From an uncultured Chloroflexia bacterium (GTDB taxonomy: Bacteria; Chloroflexota; Limnocylindria; Limnocylindrales; CSP1-4), in contig CAVVYR010000030.1 in the NCBI GenBank assembly GCA_963752475.1, forward strand, positions 1 through 11,037: 11,037 nucleotides of DNA, written 5' to 3'. A program made the position numbers and the translations under genes. This document shows, piece by piece, positions 9,092 through 11,037 of this stretch (positions are counted from its first letter, which is position 1; each line of letters begins with the position of its first letter). Below the pieces are notes generated by a model. The model saw only the letters and a program-made list of their open reading frames with translations. It made no database searches and was not told where the DNA came from.

Positions 9092-10141
9092 ATGCGGACC
9101 AAGAGGACGCTAGCTCTAGGAGCAGGTCTCGTCATGGCCTTGACGGCCACGGCTTCGGTGGCCGGTGGAGTCGCCGCCCAGGATGACGAGAAGCTCGACC
9201 AGGTCACGTTCCAGCTCAACTGGGTGCCTGGTGGGTTCCACGCCGGATTCGCGGTCGCCCGCGAAAAGGGCTACTACGAGGACGAGGGGCTCTTCGTGCA
9301 CCTGGTGCCGGGCAACGGCTCGGGCACGACCGCCCAACTGGCGGCTGCGGGCAACGTCGACGTCGCCTATGCCGACGCGGTGCCGGTGACGCAGCTCATC
9401 GCCAAGGATGCCCCGCTGAAGGTCATCTCGACCCTGTTCCAGGGTTCGCCCATCCAGATCACCGCCATCGCCGGTACCGGCATCGAGGAGATCGGGGACC
9501 TCGCGGGCAAGTCGCTCGCGTATCCCTCCGGTGGATCGCAGGCCCCGCAGCTGCCGCTGCTCTTCGCGGCCAATGACATCGATCCCGACAGCGTGGACCT
9601 GGTGGCCTCGCCGCGACAGTCCCTCGTGCCGCAGCTGCTCGAGGGCCAGGTCGACGCCATCGTGGGCTCGATGGACTTCTTCGGCATCCAGCTTGCGGAT
9701 CGCGGGGTCGAGACCGTCGACTTCCCCATGTACGACTACGGGGTGGCCACGGTCAGCACCTCGATCTTCGCCAACGAGCCGTGGCTCGAGGAGAACGCCG
9801 ACATCGCCAGCGCATTCGTGCGCGCCAGCCTGCGTGGCTGGGAGGATGCCTTGGCCGAATCCCGACGCGGCCATCGAGGCCCTGACGGCGATCTTCCCCA
9901 ACGCCGATGCGGAAGAGGCCAAGAAGCAGCTTGAGGCCACGGTGCCGCTGTACTGTGCCAACGGGGCCGAGTACATCGGCAAGGCCACCGAGGAGGCCTG
10001 GGCGAACCACCAGTCGGTGCTCGAGCAGGTCGAAAGCCTGCCCGTGGGCATCGACCCCACGACGTACTACACGTACGACTTCCTGCCCCCTGACAGCGAG
10101 CTCACTCCCTGCGAGCAGAGCCTGCGACGAGCGCGGGATGA
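9092..10141 (+). CDS. ABC transporter substrate-binding protein, NMT1/THI5-like; frameshift near 9857, stop uncertain
   Basis: Strong AAGGAGGAG RBS and ATG 9092. Signal peptide MRTKRTLALGAGLVMALTATASVAGGVAA|QDD. VTFQLNWVPGGFHAGFAVAREKGYYEDEGL, GNGSG, LLEGQVDAI and FVRASLRGW---NPDAA follow. The last frame runs without a stop into the ATPase; the nearest off-frame TGA is 10139-10141. Confidence 0.88.
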
Positions 10142-10163
10142 CGAAGGACAGGGGCCGGGAACG

Positions 10164-11015
10164 ATGGATCGCGCGGGCACGAAGAGCGGTGGCGTACGCG
10201 TCGAGATCGACGGCGTGTCGCGCACCTTCAACGAGTTCAGCGATGACCCGTTCCTGGCCCTGTCCGAGACGCACCTGACGCTCGAGCCAGGCGAATTCGT
10301 CAGTGTGGTAGGCCCGAGCGGGTGCGGCAAGTCCACGCTCATGCTCATCTCGGCGGGCCTGCTCGCACCCACCACCGGTCAGGTCCGTGTCGACGGCGAG
10401 GTGCTGACCAAGCCCATGACCGATGTCGGCATCGCCTTCCAGGACCACCTCCTACTCGATTTCCGAACGGCCAAGGAGAACGTCCTGCTCCAGGCGGACA
10501 TCCGCAAGCTCGACCGTGAGGCCCTGGGCAGGCGCACCGATGAGCTGTTCGAGCAGCTCGGCCTCGACGACGCCGCGGGCAAGTACCCGCGCCAGCTCTC
10601 CGGAGGCATGCGCCAACGCGTCTCACTGGCCCGCACGGTCGTGCATCGCCCGTCCATGCTCATGCTCGACGAGCCCTTCGGCGCCCTCGACGCGCTGACC
10701 CGCCTGCAGGTCCGCCACGACCTGGAGCAGCTCTGGCTGCGTGATCGACCGACCGTGCTGTTCGTCACCCACTCGGTCGAAGAGGCCGTAGGCCTGTCCG
10801 ACCGAATCGTCGTGTTCTCGGTCTCCCCGGGCCAGGTCGTGGACGAGATCACCGTCGATCTGCCCCGGCCACGCCCGCTCGCGCTTGGCGACACCCCCGA
10901 GTACGCGTCCTACGCGGACCGGGTCTTCGAGCACTTCGAGTCCATGGGCGTGTTGAGCCAAGGCGGAGGGTTCAGGCGCGCCGAACCGATGACAGAGGGC
11001 CGGAGCGCGCGCTAG
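10164..11015 (+). CDS. ABC transporter ATP-binding protein, NitT/TauT (SsuB/TauB-like)
   Basis: Walker A GPSGCGKST, Q-loop AFQD, signature LSGGMRQR, Walker B MLDEPFGALD, H-loop FVTHSVEEAV and VDLPRPR. Intact frame from ATG 10164 to TAG 11013-11015. Confidence 0.95.
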   Translation: MDRAGTKSGGVRVEIDGVSRTFNEFSDDPFLALSETHLTLEPGEFVSVVGPSGCGKSTLMLISAGLLAPTTGQVRVDGEVLTKPMTDVGIAFQDHLLLDFRTAKENVLLQADIRKLDREALGRRTDELFEQLGLDDAAGKYPRQLSGGMRQRVSLARTVVHRPSMLMLDEPFGALDALTRLQVRHDLEQLWLRDRPTVLFVTHSVEEAVGLSDRIVVFSVSPGQVVDEITVDLPRPRPLALGDTPEYASYADRVFEHFESMGVLSQGGGFRRAEPMTEGRSAR

Positions 11016-11037
11016 CAAGAAGGGCAGTCCCCGGGTG

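Noticed and set aside
7568-9934. 788-aa ORF looking like a MaoC-permease-binding protein fusion
   Set aside because: The frameshift near 8014 carries the MaoC frame past its stop and the one near 8312 leaves most of the permease out of frame, so the middle is off-frame junk. Each gene has its own RBS and start (8150, 9092).
9531-11015. 494-aa ORF as a single novel ABC ATPase with a long N-terminal domain
   Set aside because: The N-terminal part is off-frame sequence plus the binding-protein C-terminus. ATPase homology starts at ATG 10164.
719-11018. Long antisense ORFs (for example 1147-2211, 7361-8590, 9116-10060)
   Set aside because: They are shadows of GC-rich sense genes with no recognisable motifs, and they overlap well-supported plus-strand CDSs.
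1-11037. CRISPR array, tRNA/rRNA, IS elements, tandem repeats
   Set aside because: The window is almost entirely coding. No regularly spaced repeats, RNA-gene signatures or transposase motifs were found, and the three palindromes are kilobases apart.

Overview
High-GC bacterial window (about 70% GC by eye) holding one apparently co-regulated catabolic gene cluster. It begins with the 3' tail of a DUF2161-like gene and a VOC/glyoxalase-fold gene on the minus strand. Three plus-strand blocks follow: (1) SDR oxidoreductase, KDPG/KHG aldolase and KDG-type PfkB kinase; (2) xylose-isomerase-like TIM-barrel isomerase/epimerase, IclR regulator, enoyl-CoA hydratase, fused family-I CoA-transferase and MaoC dehydratase; (3) a NitT/TauT-type ABC importer (permease, NMT1/THI5-like binding protein, ATPase). 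Each block is preceded by the same AT-rich palindrome, GTAAC-N3-GTTAC (686-698, 3293-3305, 8097-8109), which overlaps -10-like hexamers and is a candidate operator. The best candidate for something undescribed is a regulon joining a 2-keto-3-deoxy-sugar-acid (Entner-Doudoroff-type) lower pathway to CoA-thioester chemistry, with no canonical aldonate dehydratase visible in the window. Almost every gene is broken by single-base indels, most likely long-read errors, so gene boundaries are reconstructed by eye and approximate. No RNA genes, mobile elements or CRISPR arrays were seen.
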